Part shown: positions 21,971 through 32,091 of the stretch, piece after piece | Layout: the number at the start of each line of letters is the position of its first letter | Position numbering within the stretch: position 1 is the stretch's first letter | Assembly (NCBI GenBank): GCA_963755025.1 | Contig: CAVWIH010000019.1 | Location: 32,001-96,000, forward strand | Length of the DNA: 64,000 bases | Direction: 5' to 3' | Source: an uncultured Actinomycetes bacterium | GTDB lineage: Bacteria; Actinomycetota; Thermoleophilia; UBA2241 | The notes under the pieces: generated by a model | What the model saw: the letters and a program-made list of their open reading frames with translations, nothing else | What the model was told of the DNA's origin: nothing | The model's database searches: none | Program-made: the position numbers and the translations under genes

Positions 21971-23129
21971 TCAGGGCACCAGCTTGTAGATCTTGCCGTC
22001 CAGGCTCGACAGGAAGAGCTCGCCCTTGGCGTTCTGTCCGAACGAACTCACGTTGGGCAGCTTCTGCGAGATGCCGGTCAGGATGTGCGCGGCGGCCCCC
22101 GGGCTGGTCTTGAACCAGACGCGGGCGGTGCCGTAGTCGGCGAACAGGTAGTCGCCCTTGAGGGCCGGGATGGCGCTGCCGCGGTAGACGTAGCCGCCGA
22201 TCACCGCGTCGCCGACGGCGTGCGAGTACTCGCTCACCGGATAGACGAGGCGCGTGCGTACGATCGCCTGCGGCTTGTAGACGTGGTCGCCCTCGTAGTA
22301 GCTCCAGCCGAAGTTGGTGCCGGCCGTCGGTGCCGGCCTTCAGGAAGTCGATCTCTTCCCACTTGTCCTGGCCGACGTCGCCGATCCACAGGTTGCCGGT
22401 CGCCGAGTCGAACGAGAAGCGCCAGGGGTTGCGCAGGCCGTAAGCGTAGAGCACCGGCGTGGGCGACGCGCTCGAGACGTCCATGGTCCAGATCTTGGCA
22501 TAGGGCACGTTCACGTTCTGGCCGTAGAGGTTGGGGTCGCCCTCGCCGCCGCCGTCACCGACGCCTATGTAGAGCCGGCCGTCGGGGCCAAAGGCCAGCT
22601 GGCCGCCGTTGTGGTTGGCGTGGGCGTGGTGAGCCACGGTCCACAAGACCTTCGCCGAGCTCGCGTCGGCCACGTTGGCGTTAGAGCTGACCGTGTAACG
22701 CACCACCTTGATGTCGCCGTTGCGAGCCGTGTAATAGACGTAAAAGCGGCCGTTGGTCGCGTACGCCGGGTCGAAGGCGACCGAGAGCAGCCCCTGTTCG
22801 GTGCCCGCCGACACGCGGCTGTGCACGTTCAGGAACGGCTTGGCGAGCAGCTTGCCGTTGAGCAGCACCCTGATGTAGCCGGTCTTCTCGACGATGAACA
22901 GCCGCCGCGAGTCGACTGGCGACGCCGTCAGGGCGAGGGGCTTCGACAGGTCCGAGACCACGAGATGCAGGCGCACCGTGGGCGCCTTGACGGCGTTGGC
23001 GGCCGTCGGGGTCGGGGTCTGGGCTGCCGCACGGTCGCCGGCGCCGATGGCTACCAGTGCGGCGGTGGTAAGGGCGGCGGCGGCCACGACTGCGACCGCG
23101 GCCCGTACGAGCGATCTGCGCGCTCTCAT
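21971..23129 (-). CDS. Secreted PQQ-dependent sugar (glucose/sorbosone) dehydrogenase; frameshift near 22325
   Basis: EQGLLSVAFDP, NHNGGQLAFGPDG.LY, YGLRNPWRFSFD, GDVGQ..WEEID; C-terminus in ORF 21971..22237; RRSLV signal-like N-terminus. Confidence 0.88.
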
Positions 23130-23227
23130 GCTTCACCTCGGAGGTCGGCTACGGGGGATGGTCGCAAGGTGCCCGCGAAGCGCCCGGGGTAAGCGCGGCC
23201 GGCGGGGGGTGGAGGCGACGGCAGAAG

Positions 23228-24184
23228 TTAGAGGTAGCGCTCGCGGAACGTGACCGCGGCGGCCTGCTCGGCGGTGGCGATGAGCAGCCGCAGGCGCTGC
23301 AGCATGGCGTCGTCGACGCGCAGGGCGTGATCGTCGACCGCGGCGACCGCCACGATGCCGCGCACGCTGCTCGTGAGGAACATGGCGTCGTCGGCGCGCA
23401 GGTCGGCCACGCGTCCGTAGGCTTCGACTACGGCGATGCCGTCGGCCTCGGCGACCCGTTCGAGCGCGGCGCGCATGACGCCCGGCAGGATGGCGCCTTC
23501 GGCCGGGGTGGTGACCAGCGCCCCGCCGCGCGCCAGGAAGATGTTCGAGGTGGCGCCCTCGAACATGCGGCCCTCGTCGTCGACGAAGATGGCGTCGTCG
23601 GCGCCGGCGGCGAGCGCCGCGCGCTGCGCCAGGTACGATTGCATGAAGGTCATCGCCTTGAGCGCGCCGCTCACGCGGATGCCGCGGTGCGAGATGACGC
23701 GCAGTGGCCGCGTGGGCTGCTCGCGCACGTCGTTGCGGATGAGGACCGAAGGCTCGCCCCAGGAGGCGCCGCCGGTGACCAGCACGCGGCAGCCGCCGTT
23801 GGCGATGCCGCCCGCGGCCGCGAGAGCTCGACGATGGCACGGGCGATCGTGGCCCGGTCCCACGGCACGGCGATCTCGAGGACCTCGAGCCCCGACTGCA
23901 GGCGGTCCATGTGCTCGTCGAAGAACACCGGCACGCCGGCGGCGAGCTTGAAGGTCTCGTACAGGCCGATGCCGTGCGTGACGGCGCGGTCGAGCGCCGG
24001 CACGACGGCTTCGCGTTCGGGCAGCAGGACGCCGTTCAGGCTGACCAGGGGCGCGGCCGCCGGGCCTGCGGGGCCGGCCGCGGCGGCGCTCGGCGAGGCT
24101 GCGGCGCCGGCCCGCGCGCGCGGCCGCGCGCGCCGGGCGCCGCGCGCCGCGTCGGCGCTGACCGGTCGGCTCGCTAGAAGTCAT
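23228..24184 (-). CDS. Class IV PLP aminotransferase (IlvE/PabC/Dat family); frameshifted, start uncertain
   Basis: DRAVTHGIGLYET, EHMDRL in one frame; LKAMT, EGATSNIF, ILPGVMR, FLTSSVRGI in another (switch ~23820). Confidence 0.85.
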   Translation of the reverse strand: MTSSEPTGQRRRGARRPARAAARAGRRRSLAERRRGRPRRPGGRAPGQPERRPAARTRSRRAGARPRRHARHRPVRDLQARRRRAGVLRRAHGPPAVGARGPRDRRAVGPGHDRPCHRRALAAAGGIANGGCRVLVTGGASWGEPSVLIRNDVREQPTRPLRVISHRGIRVSGALKAMTFMQSYLAQRAALAAGADDAIFVDDEGRMFEGATSNIFLARGGALVTTPAEGAILPGVMRAALERVAEADGIAVVEAYGRVADLRADDAMFLTSSVRGIVAVAAVDDHALRVDDAMLQRLRLLIATAEQAAAVTFRERYL

Positions 24185-25559
24185 AGCGGCTGGCCTCTTC
24201 GGCTTTGAGCGTGCGGAACTTGGTGTAGTCGCGCACGAAGCCGAGACGGGCGATGTTGGTGGGGCCGTTACGGTGCTTGGCGATGTCGACCACCACGACG
24301 CCCTTGGCGTTTTCGTCGCGCGGCTCGTAGATGAAGATGACGAGGTCGGCGTCTTGTTCGATTGCGCCCGATTCGCGCAGGTCGGACAGCAGCGGCTTCT
24401 TTTCGGCGCGCGACTCGACCTCGCGGTTGAGCTGCGAGACGGCCAGCACGGGCACGTCGAGCTCGCGGGCGAGCTGCTTGAGCGAGCGTGAGATGCCGGC
24501 GACCTCTTGCTGGCGGTTGTCGGCGCGGCCGTCGCCCATCATGAGCTGCAGGTAGTCGATGATCACGAGGCCCAGCTTGGGTTCGACGCGGCTCGCCAGG
24601 CGGCGCGCCTTGGCGCGCAGCTCGAAGACGTTGAGGCCGGCGGTGTCGTCGACGTAGATGGGCGCCTTTTCGAGCTCGCCGGCCACGGTGATGAGCTTGT
24701 AGTAGTCGTCGTTGGGGAGCGTCTGGCCGGAGCGCAGCCGGTGCGAGGCGACCCGCGCGGCCGAGCACAGCATGCGCTCGCTGATCTCCTGCTTGCTCAT
24801 CTCGAGGCTGAAGATGGCCACCGACTGCTGGCCGGTCATGCCGATGTTGTGGGCGATGTTCAGGGCCAGCGAGGTCTTGCCCACGCCGGGGCGCGCTGCC
24901 AGCACGATGAGGTTCGACGGCTGAAAGCCGCCGGTGGTCTTGTCGATGTCGGCAAAGCCGGTGGGCACGCCCGAAAGCTGGGCGCCGTCGCGGATCATGT
25001 CGATGCGCGCGAAGGTCGACTTGACGAGGTCGCTCATGGCCTCGAAGTCGGCGGAGCTGCGGTGCTGCGAGATGGCGAAGACCTTCTGCTCGCAGGTGTC
25101 GAGCAGCGTGCGGGCTTCGTCGGGGTGGTCGTAGCCGAGCTCGGCGATCTCGTTGCCGACCTTGATCAACTGGCGCAGCACGCTCGTCTCGCGCACGATC
25201 TCGGCGTACTGGCGCACGTTGGCGGCGGCCGGCACGATCTCGACCAGGGTGTGCACGAAGGCCTTGCCGCCCACCCGCTCGAGCACGCCCTGCTGTTCGA
25301 GGGCGGCCGAGAGCGTGACGGCATCGACCTCTTTGCCGAGGCCGTACATGTCGCGGATGGTGCGAAAGACGATGCGATGCGTGTCGCGGTAGAAGTCGTC
25401 TTCGACGACGAGCTCGGTGGCGATGGGCAGTGCGTTAGGGCTCACGACCATGGCGCCGAGGAGCGACTCCTCCGCGTCTAAGTCGTGCGGCTGCATGTGA
25501 CGACCGTCGCTCTGGACGATGCCGGTTGTCACGCTGCTGCCCCTCTCTGCGGCGCCCAT
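24174..25559 (-). CDS. dnaB: Replicative DNA helicase
   Basis: PHDLDAEESLLG, LAARPGVGKT, FSLEMS, IIDYLQLM, SDLRESGAIEQDAD, KHRNGP. Confidence 0.97.
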   Translation of the reverse strand: MGAAERGSSVTTGIVQSDGRHMQPHDLDAEESLLGAMVVSPNALPIATELVVEDDFYRDTHRIVFRTIRDMYGLGKEVDAVTLSAALEQQGVLERVGGKAFVHTLVEIVPAAANVRQYAEIVRETSVLRQLIKVGNEIAELGYDHPDEARTLLDTCEQKVFAISQHRSSADFEAMSDLVKSTFARIDMIRDGAQLSGVPTGFADIDKTTGGFQPSNLIVLAARPGVGKTSLALNIAHNIGMTGQQSVAIFSLEMSKQEISERMLCSAARVASHRLRSGQTLPNDDYYKLITVAGELEKAPIYVDDTAGLNVFELRAKARRLASRVEPKLGLVIIDYLQLMMGDGRADNRQQEVAGISRSLKQLARELDVPVLAVSQLNREVESRAEKKPLLSDLRESGAIEQDADLVIFIYEPRDENAKGVVVVDIAKHRNGPTNIARLGFVRDYTKFRTLKAEEASRYDF

Positions 25560-25569
25560 GGGCGCCTCG

Positions 25570-26016
25570 TCACTCGGGAACGACGATGACCTTGACCGTG
25601 GCCACGACGCCTTCGAAGACGTCGATCTCGACCATGTGGTCGCCGACGCTCTTGATGGGCTCTTCGAGGCGCACCTTGTGCTTGTCGACCTTCACCTTGC
25701 GAGCGCTCCAGATGGCGTCGGCGACGTCGGCGTTGGTGACCGAACCATACAGCCGGTCGCCCTCGCCCGCGTGGGCGCCGATGGTGACGACGGTCTTGTT
25801 GAGCGTGGCCGCGACCTCGAGCGCGTGCTCGGCGGTGCGGATCTCGCGCGCCTTGCGCTCTTCCATGAGCCGGCGGACTTCGTCGAGCCGGCCCGGGTTG
25901 GCGACTTCGGCCAGGCGCTTGGGCAGCAGGTAGTTGCGGGCGTAGCCGCGCGACACGCTGGCGAGGTCGCCCTTTTCGCCCACGCCGTCGATGTCCTGGA
26001 GCAGAATGATGTCCAC
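25570..26016 (-). CDS. rplI: 50S ribosomal protein L9
   Basis: MDIILLQD, GYARNYLLP, LYGSVT. Confidence 0.97.
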   Translation of the reverse strand: MDIILLQDIDGVGEKGDLASVSRGYARNYLLPKRLAEVANPGRLDEVRRLMEERKAREIRTAEHALEVAATLNKTVVTIGAHAGEGDRLYGSVTNADVADAIWSARKVKVDKHKVRLEEPIKSVGDHMVEIDVFEGVVATVKVIVVPE

Positions 26017-26025
26017 GATCGCCTC

Positions 26026-26292
26026 CTAGCGGTCTGCGTACGGCAAGAGCGCCATCTCGCGAGCGCGCTTGATGGCCACGGTGACCTGGCGCTGGTGACA
26101 GCGGCAGGCGCCGGTGACGCGGCGCGGGCGGATCTTGCCTTTCTCGGAGACGAAGCGCTTGAGGACCGTGTTGGCCTTGTAGTCGACGTCCTCGATCTTC
26201 TGTTGACAGTAATAGCAGTAGCGGCGGCGCGCCGTGCTCGGGGCCCCGGCCCTGAGCCGCTTCTCGCGCCGCGTGCCCTGTGATGCTGGCAT
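26026..26292 (-). CDS. rpsR: 30S ribosomal protein S18 (zinc-binding C+ type)
   Basis: CYYC...DYK...[17 protein letters not shown]...[12 protein letters not shown]. Confidence 0.96.
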   Translation of the reverse strand: MPASQGTRREKRLRAGAPSTARRRYCYYCQQKIEDVDYKANTVLKRFVSEKGKIRPRRVTGACRCHQRQVTVAIKRAREMALLPYADR

Positions 26293-26324
26293 GTCGGCCT
26301 CTCTGACCTTTTTGCGTTGCCTTC

Positions 26325-26366
26325 GGCCGGCGGGTGCGCCTGTGCGGGGCGGCGCACCCGCCGGCC
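26325..26366. other. Perfect 16-bp inverted repeat between ssb and rpsR
   Basis: ggccggcgggtgcgcc ... ggcgcacccgccggcc. Confidence 0.5.
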
Positions 26367-26375
26367 GCGTCTAGC

Positions 26376-26822
26376 TCAGAACGGGATGTCGTCGTCGCCG
26401 GCGAAGTCGGCTTCGGCGACGTCGGCCGGCGGTGCGAACCTGGCGCCGCCGGACTCGCGCGGCGCTCCGCCCTGGGGCGCTCCGCCCTCGCGCGGCCCGA
26501 TGAACTGCACGTTGTCTGCGACCACCGAGACGGCCGAGCGCTTCTGGCCGTCCTGGGTCTCCCACTCACGCCAGCGCAGCTTGCCTTCGACGGCGACCTG
26601 GCGGCCTTTCGCCAGGTACTTGCCGCAAAGCTCGCCCTGGGAACCGAACACGTCGACGTCGAAGTAGTTGGGGCGGTCGCCCCACTCACCACTGCTCTGG
26701 TCTTTGACCCGATCGTTGACCGCGAGCCGCAAGGTGCACACGGTGGTCGAGCCCGCCTGGCGGGTCTCGGGGTCGCGAGTCAGGTTACCGATGAGGATGA
26801 CGCGATTGATGGATCCGGCCAT
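26376..26822 (-). CDS. ssb: Single-stranded DNA-binding protein
   Basis: INRVILIGNLTRDPE; acidic C-terminal DDDIPF; AAAGGAG RBS. Confidence 0.97.
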   Translation of the reverse strand: MAGSINRVILIGNLTRDPETRQAGSTTVCTLRLAVNDRVKDQSSGEWGDRPNYFDVDVFGSQGELCGKYLAKGRQVAVEGKLRWREWETQDGQKRSAVSVVADNVQFIGPREGGAPQGGAPRESGGARFAPPADVAEADFAGDDDIPF

Positions 26823-26847
26823 GTCGTTCGCTCCTTTGCGGTTGGCG

Positions 26848-27144
26848 CTAGTCTTTGAGGCGCACCGTCTGGAAGCGCATGACGTCGTCGGTGATGCGCA
26901 GCACACGCTCGACTTCGGCCAGAGTGTCTGGCTCGGAGCTGAACGTGACGACGCTGTAAAGGCCTTCGCCCTGGCCGGCGATCTCGTAGGCCAGCTTGCG
27001 CTTACCCCAGTCGTCGACCGACGCGACCTTGCCCTCGCCCTTCTCGACGGTCGCCGTTAGGCGATCGAGGATCTCGGACTGCCGGCCGTCTTCGATGCCG
27101 GGATTGAGCATGAGCATCAATTCGTACTTGTTCGTGGAACTCAC
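26848..27144 (-). CDS. rpsF: 30S ribosomal protein S6
   Basis: YELMLML, DDWGKRKLAYEI, LRITDDVMRF. Confidence 0.96.
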   Translation of the reverse strand: MSSTNKYELMLMLNPGIEDGRQSEILDRLTATVEKGEGKVASVDDWGKRKLAYEIAGQGEGLYSVVTFSSEPDTLAEVERVLRITDDVMRFQTVRLKD

Positions 27145-27192
27145 CTCCTGTGGTCTTGGCGGCCCCAGCCTTGCTGCTGGAGCAGGGGTGAA
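27142..27192 (-). ncRNA. S6:S18 ribosomal-protein leader (rpsF cis-regulatory RNA)
   Basis: Minus strand CCCCUGC-[UCCAGC..GCUGGG hairpin]-GCCGCCAAGACCACAGGAGGUG matches the known layout (anti-SD pyrimidines, inner hairpin, CCG loop, SD). Confidence 0.75.
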
Positions 27193-27224
27193 AAACGCCG
27201 CCCCTTCGGCGGCGCAACCTCGGC

Positions 27225-27233
27225 ATGATACCA
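27225..27233 (-). promoter_or_regulatory. Extended -10 promoter (TGGTATCAT) for the rpsF operon
   Basis: TGn-TATCAT ~80 nt upstream of rpsF. Confidence 0.55.
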
Positions 27234-27338
27234 GTGCGCGGCGTCCGCCTCAAGAATGAGGCCCGCCGACGGTCGGGGAAAGGGCGCCGGCGGGCGAGCG
27301 AGGTGACGCACCGCCGGCGAGGCGGGGTACGACTGCCC

Positions 27339-27388
27339 GCGACGCGGGCGACGGTCAGGCCAGCGACGCGGGCGACGGTCAGGCCAGC
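27339..27388. repeat. 24-bp tandem duplication covering the inferred stop codon of the ATPase gene
   Basis: gcgacgcgggcgacggtcaggcca x2. Confidence 0.8.
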
Positions 27389-28306
27389 AACGCCTGGTCG
27401 GCGGCCTCTTCGCGCAGGCAGGATCTCGCCGTCGGCGTCGAGCCCGTCGACGCCCCAGATGGCCCCGAGGCGTGGCTGACCGCGCTCATCGCTGCGCATG
27501 TGGGCCAGCGCCGGCCGCGTGTCGCCGACGAGCCGGCGAGCCTCGGGCGCGGCGACGCGCAGCTCCATCTGGCGCAGGAGCTTGGCGACCGCCTGCTGCA
27601 CGGAGTCGGCGCGGACGGTGCAGAAGCCGCCGGTGTCGGGCCGGCGGCGCAGCTCGGTGAGGAAGTAGAGGATCTCGTCGGCGTGGATCTCGCCGACGAT
27701 GATGCGGCTGGGCTGCATCTTCATGGCTTTCGCGAAGATGCCGGGCACGTCGGCGTCGTCGTCGACCGAGAGGCGCACGCAGAACGAGCGGTCTTCGAGG
27801 GCGGGCAGGTGGTCGGAGTGCTCGATCGAGACGAGGCGTTCGTCGACCGAGAGGAGCTCGAGCAGGGCGTTCAGCAGGGTGGACTTGCCGGTGGCGCGGT
27901 CGCCGAAGATGAGCAGCGTGCGCCGTTCGGAGACGTAACTCGCCAGGCGCGCCGCCTGGGCGGTCGTCATGGTGCCGCCCTGGATGAGGTCGCGCAGGGT
28001 GGTCGGCACCGGGCCGTCGGGGCTGAGCTCGCCGGCGTACATGCTCGAGGTGGTGGAGGAGAGCGCGTCGCGGCGGCTGGTGACGTACGACAGGTACGCC
28101 GTGGCTTGCGAGCGCAGCAGGACGCGCAGGGCGTCGAGGTACTCGCGCGGCTCCTCGCCGAGCGGCTGCGCGGCGAGCTCGTCGATCATGGCGTCGAGCC
28201 GCATGACCACGTCGCGTTGTATGCGGGCCATGACGTTGTTGCGCGCCCGGCGCTCCTCGCGGTCGTCGGCGCTCTCGCGAGACTGGATGATGTCGGTGTC
28301 GGTCAA
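27379..28306 (-). CDS. Orphan VirB11/TrbB/TadA-like secretion ATPase with degenerate motifs; likely frameshift near 27418
   Basis: Walker A IFGDRATGKSTLLNALL, RLVSIE, AMKMQPSRIIVGEI; removing one base near the 3' end gives ...ILLREEAADQALLA* ending at 27379. Confidence 0.75.
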
Positions 28307-28583
28307 GTGGCGTCCCCTGAGCCTTCGCAGCGCAAGCGCTGCCCCACGTAGGGCCTATCGGCCGCCCGGGGGCCTTCGATAAGGGCTAGTCGGTCTGTCG
28401 CGCTCGCCGCCCCGTTTTCACCTTCGCCACGCCCTTTTCCACCATCTCTATGAGGTTATCGGCCTCGCGGGCGCGGGTACCTTCCGTGCAGCCGCAGGCG
28501 CGGTCGCCGGAGCGCGACCAGGAGCGCGCGGTCAGAAGGGATGCACCGCGCGGCCAGGGGCCGCGCGCCGTACCGGGAGGATT

Positions 28584-30177
28584 GTGGTGTCAACCGTCCA
28601 GCAGGACCTCAAGTCGTATCAGATGTACATCGCCGGCAAGTGGACCGGCGCCGCAAGCGGCGAGACCTACGAAGTCGTCGACCCCTCGACCGAGCGGCCG
28701 TTCGCCGTCGTACCTAAAGGCGGCCTGGCCGACGCCAAGCGCGCCGTGGCCGCGGCCCGCAAGGCCTTCGACGAAGGCCCCTGGCCGCACACGCTGGCCA
28801 CGGAACGGGCCGAGCTGCTGCACGCCGTCGCCGCCCGCATCCGCGAGCACGCCGACGAGCTCGCCATGCTCGAGACCCGCCAGATGGGCAAGCTGCTCGG
28901 CGACTCACTTATCGACGTGAACGACGCCGCCCACACTTTCGACTACTACGCCGGCCTCGCCGTCGAACAGCACGGCCAGACCCTCGAGGTGCCGGGCGAG
29001 AGCATGAGCATGGTGGTGCGCGAGCCGATCGGCGTGACGGCCGGCATCACGCCGTGGAACTTTCCGCATCCTGATGGCCGCCTGGAAGGTGGCGCCGAGC
29101 CTCGCCGCCGGCAACGTCATGATCTTGAAGCCGGCGTCGGTGTCGCCGCTCACCTCGATCGAGCTCGCCCGGATCTTCGCCGAGGTCGGGCTGCCCGAGG
29201 GCGTCTTCCAGGTCCTCACCGGGCCGGGCGGGCAGGTCGGCGACTACCTCGCCTCGTCGCCCGACATCGACATGGTGGCCTTCACCGGCAGCGTCGAGGT
29301 CGGCAAGAGCATCATGCGGGCGGGCGCTGAGAACGTGAAGAAGGTCGGCCTGGAGCTCGGCGGCAAGAGCCCCAACTTGGTCTTCGAAGACGCCGACTTC
29401 GAGGCCGCCATCGACGGCGCCCTGGTGGGCATCTTCGCCGGCAGCGGCGAGGTCTGCTCGGCCGGCTCGCGCCTGCTCGTGCAGCGCTCGATCTACGACC
29501 GCTTCGTCGGCGAGCTCGTCTCGCGGGCCATGGCGATCAAGGTCGGCGCGCCCGCCGACGAGGCGAGCGAGATGGGTCCGCTGGTCTCGCAGCAGCAGCT
29601 CGACACGGTCGAGCGCTACGTCAAGATCGGCAGCGAAGAGGGCGCCAAGCTGGCCACCGGTGGCCGCCGCCTCGAGGGCAGCGGCTACTACTACGAGCCC
29701 ACCATCTTCGTCGACGTCGACAACTCGATGAGGGTCGCCCAGGAGGAGATCTTCGGCCCGGTCCTCGTCGTCATACCGTTCGACTCAGAAGACGACGCCG
29801 TGCGCATCGCCAACGACACGATCTACGGCCTGGCGGCCGGCGTGTGGACCAAAGACGTCACGCGCGCCATGCGGGTCATCAAGGCGCTGCGCGCCGGCAT
29901 CACCTGGATCAACACCTACCACCCCACCTACAGCGAGGCGCCGTGGGGCGGCTACAAGCAGAGCGGCGTCGGGCGCGAGCTCGGCACCTTCGGCCTCGAC
30001 GAGTACCAGGAGGTCAAGCAGATCAACATCGACCTCACCGACAAGCCGCTGGGCATCTACCAGCACGGCAAGGAAGAGCCCGAAGCGGGTAAGGTCGTGT
30101 CGCTGAGCGACCGCCGGCCGTTCAACGAGGAGCACCGGTCCGACGAATGGGTCGGGTACTGCCGGAACTGCCGCTAG
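28584..30177 (+). CDS. NAD(P)+ aldehyde dehydrogenase (betaine-aldehyde-DH-like); frameshift near 29066; C-terminal extension ending CRNCR
   Basis: ITPWNFP, KPAS, FTGS, LELGGKSP, GEVCSAGSR, EEIFGPV, PWGGYKQSG. Confidence 0.92.
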
Positions 30178-30245
30178 GCGCGCCGGGTCGCGCCGGCCTT
30201 CAAGCGGAAACGACGAAGTCGTCCGACGGTCGAGAAGGAGTGCCC

Positions 30246-31739
30246 GTGGTCGTAGATGTCACCGCACGAGTAGCGAAAGGGTTGCGGATCGCCGGTCCCC
30301 AGGGGACCGGCGATCCGCTCACCGTGCACAGCCCCTGGGACGGCAGCGAGGTCGCCGTCATCAACACCACGCGGGTCGATGAGGTCGACGCCGTCCTCGA
30401 CCGGGCCGTCGCGGCCTTCGCCGAGTGGCGCTGGACGCCGGCCTGGAAGCGCGCCCAGATCCTCGAGCGCACGTCGCACCTGCTCGAGGACCACGCCGAA
30501 GAGGTCGCCCGGCTGATCGCCCTCGAGGGCGGTAAACCGCTCAAAGACGCCCGTGTCGAGGCGCGACGCGGGGCCTCGACGTTCCGCTGGGCGAGCGAAG
30601 AGGCCAAACGCACGGCCGGCGAGATCATCGAGATGGACGCCGACCAGGGCGGCGAGAACCGCTTCGGCTGGACGATCCGCGAGCCGCGCGGTCTGATCGT
30701 CGCCATCTCGCCCTTCAACTTCCCGCTCAACCTGGTCAGCCACAAGGTGGCCCCGGCGCTGGCGGCGGCCAACGTCGTCGTGCTCAAGCCCGCGTCGTCG
30801 ACCCCGCTCACCGCGCTGCGCCTGGCCGAGTTCTTAAGCGAGGCCGGCCTGCCCGACGGTGTGCTGCAGGTCGTCGTAGGCCCGGGCTCGACCCTGGGCA
30901 CCAAGCTCGTCAAGGACGAGCGGGTCAACATGGTGACCTTCACCGGCAGCCCGCCGGTCGGTCGCCAGATCGCCAGCGACGCCGGCATGAAGATGGTCAC
31001 CCTCGAGCTGGGCAACAACTCGGCGACCATCATCGAGGAAGACGCCGACCTCGACCTCGCCCTCCAGCGCGTAGTCGCCGGCGGCTTCACCAACTCGGGA
31101 CAGGTCTGCATATCGGTGCAGCGCGTGGTCGTGCACGAGAAGGTCTACGACGAGTTCCTGGCGGCCCTTGTGGCGTCGGTCGCGGCGCTCAAGGTCGGCG
31201 ACCCGCTCGACGAGACGACCGACGTGGCCGCCCTGATCGACGACAACGAGACGGCCCGCGTGAAGGCCTGGGTCGCCGAGGCGGTCGAACAGGGTGCGAC
31301 GCTCGCCGTGGGCGGCATCGACGCGGCCGGCGACCTGCGCCCGACCGTGCTCGCCGACGTGACGCGCGACATGAAGGTCTGCGCCAACGAGGTCTTCGGG
31401 CCGGTCCTCGCGGTGCAGAAGGCGCGCGACATCTGTCACGCCATCGAGATCTCCAACGACAGCGACTACGGCCTGCAGGCCGGCATCTTCACGCGCGACC
31501 TGAACAAGGCCCTGTACGCCGCCCGTCACCTCGAGGTCGGCGGCGTCATGATCAACGAGGTGCCGACCTTCCGGGTCGACCACATGCCCTACGGCGGCAT
31601 CAAGAGCTCGGGTATGGGCCGCGAGGGCGTCAAGTTCGCCATCGCCGAGATGACCGAGCTCAAGATGGTCATGATCCGCGAGATGGACTGGGGCAGCCCG
31701 GGCTCGCCGCTCGGAGCCTGCAAACGCGAGGGGATGTAG
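30246..31739 (+). CDS. Aldehyde dehydrogenase (GapN/lactaldehyde-DH-like clade)
   Basis: ISPFNFPLNL, HKVAPALAA, LELGNNS, SGQVCISVQR, RVDHMPYGG; AAGGAG RBS. Confidence 0.92.
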   Translation: MVVDVTARVAKGLRIAGPQGTGDPLTVHSPWDGSEVAVINTTRVDEVDAVLDRAVAAFAEWRWTPAWKRAQILERTSHLLEDHAEEVARLIALEGGKPLKDARVEARRGASTFRWASEEAKRTAGEIIEMDADQGGENRFGWTIREPRGLIVAISPFNFPLNLVSHKVAPALAAANVVVLKPASSTPLTALRLAEFLSEAGLPDGVLQVVVGPGSTLGTKLVKDERVNMVTFTGSPPVGRQIASDAGMKMVTLELGNNSATIIEEDADLDLALQRVVAGGFTNSGQVCISVQRVVVHEKVYDEFLAALVASVAALKVGDPLDETTDVAALIDDNETARVKAWVAEAVEQGATLAVGGIDAAGDLRPTVLADVTRDMKVCANEVFGPVLAVQKARDICHAIEISNDSDYGLQAGIFTRDLNKALYAARHLEVGGVMINEVPTFRVDHMPYGGIKSSGMGREGVKFAIAEMTELKMVMIREMDWGSPGSPLGACKREGM

Positions 31740-31787
31740 AGGCCGGGGCATCAGCCCGAACGCACGAACGAGCCACGAGAGGTCTCC

Positions 31788-31988
31788 ATGATCAGCGCCC
31801 GTAACCAGCTGCCAGGCACCGTCAAGTCGGTGACCCTCGGCGCCGTCATGGCCGAGGTCGTCATGGACGTGGGCGGCACCGAGGTCGTCGCCGCCATCAC
31901 CCGCCACTCCGCGGAGTCGCTGGGTCTCACCGAGGGCGACAAGGTGAAGGCCGTCATCAAGGCCACCGAGGTGATGGTGCAGAAGTAG
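31788..31988 (+). CDS. Mop/TOBE molybdate-binding protein
   Basis: SARNQLPG, AITRHS..LGL.EGD.V.A.IKATEVM. Confidence 0.92.
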   Translation: MISARNQLPGTVKSVTLGAVMAEVVMDVGGTEVVAAITRHSAESLGLTEGDKVKAVIKATEVMVQK

Positions 31989-31991
31989 GGG

Positions 31992-32032
31992 CGGCGCGGC
32001 GGCGCGCGCCTTTCGCGCGCGCCGCCGCGCCG
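31992..32032 (+). terminator. Perfect 18-bp inverted repeat after mop (possible terminator)
   Basis: cggcgcggcggcgcgcgc-ctttc-gcgcgcgccgccgcgccg. Confidence 0.5.
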
Positions 32033-32091
32033 GTGACGCGCGCCGCCGCGCCGTGTGACGCGCGCCGGGCCGGAGCGCTACACTTGTGGAG

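Noticed and set aside
27379-28306. Conjugative element or prophage suggested by the VirB11-like ATPase
   Set aside because: No integrase, relaxase, other vir/trb genes, att repeats or obvious compositional shift; flanks are housekeeping
31740-32091. Moco riboswitch or ModE box before mop/moaA
   Set aside because: No recognisable conserved riboswitch core or AT-rich ModE palindrome; only a GC hairpin and a -10 box
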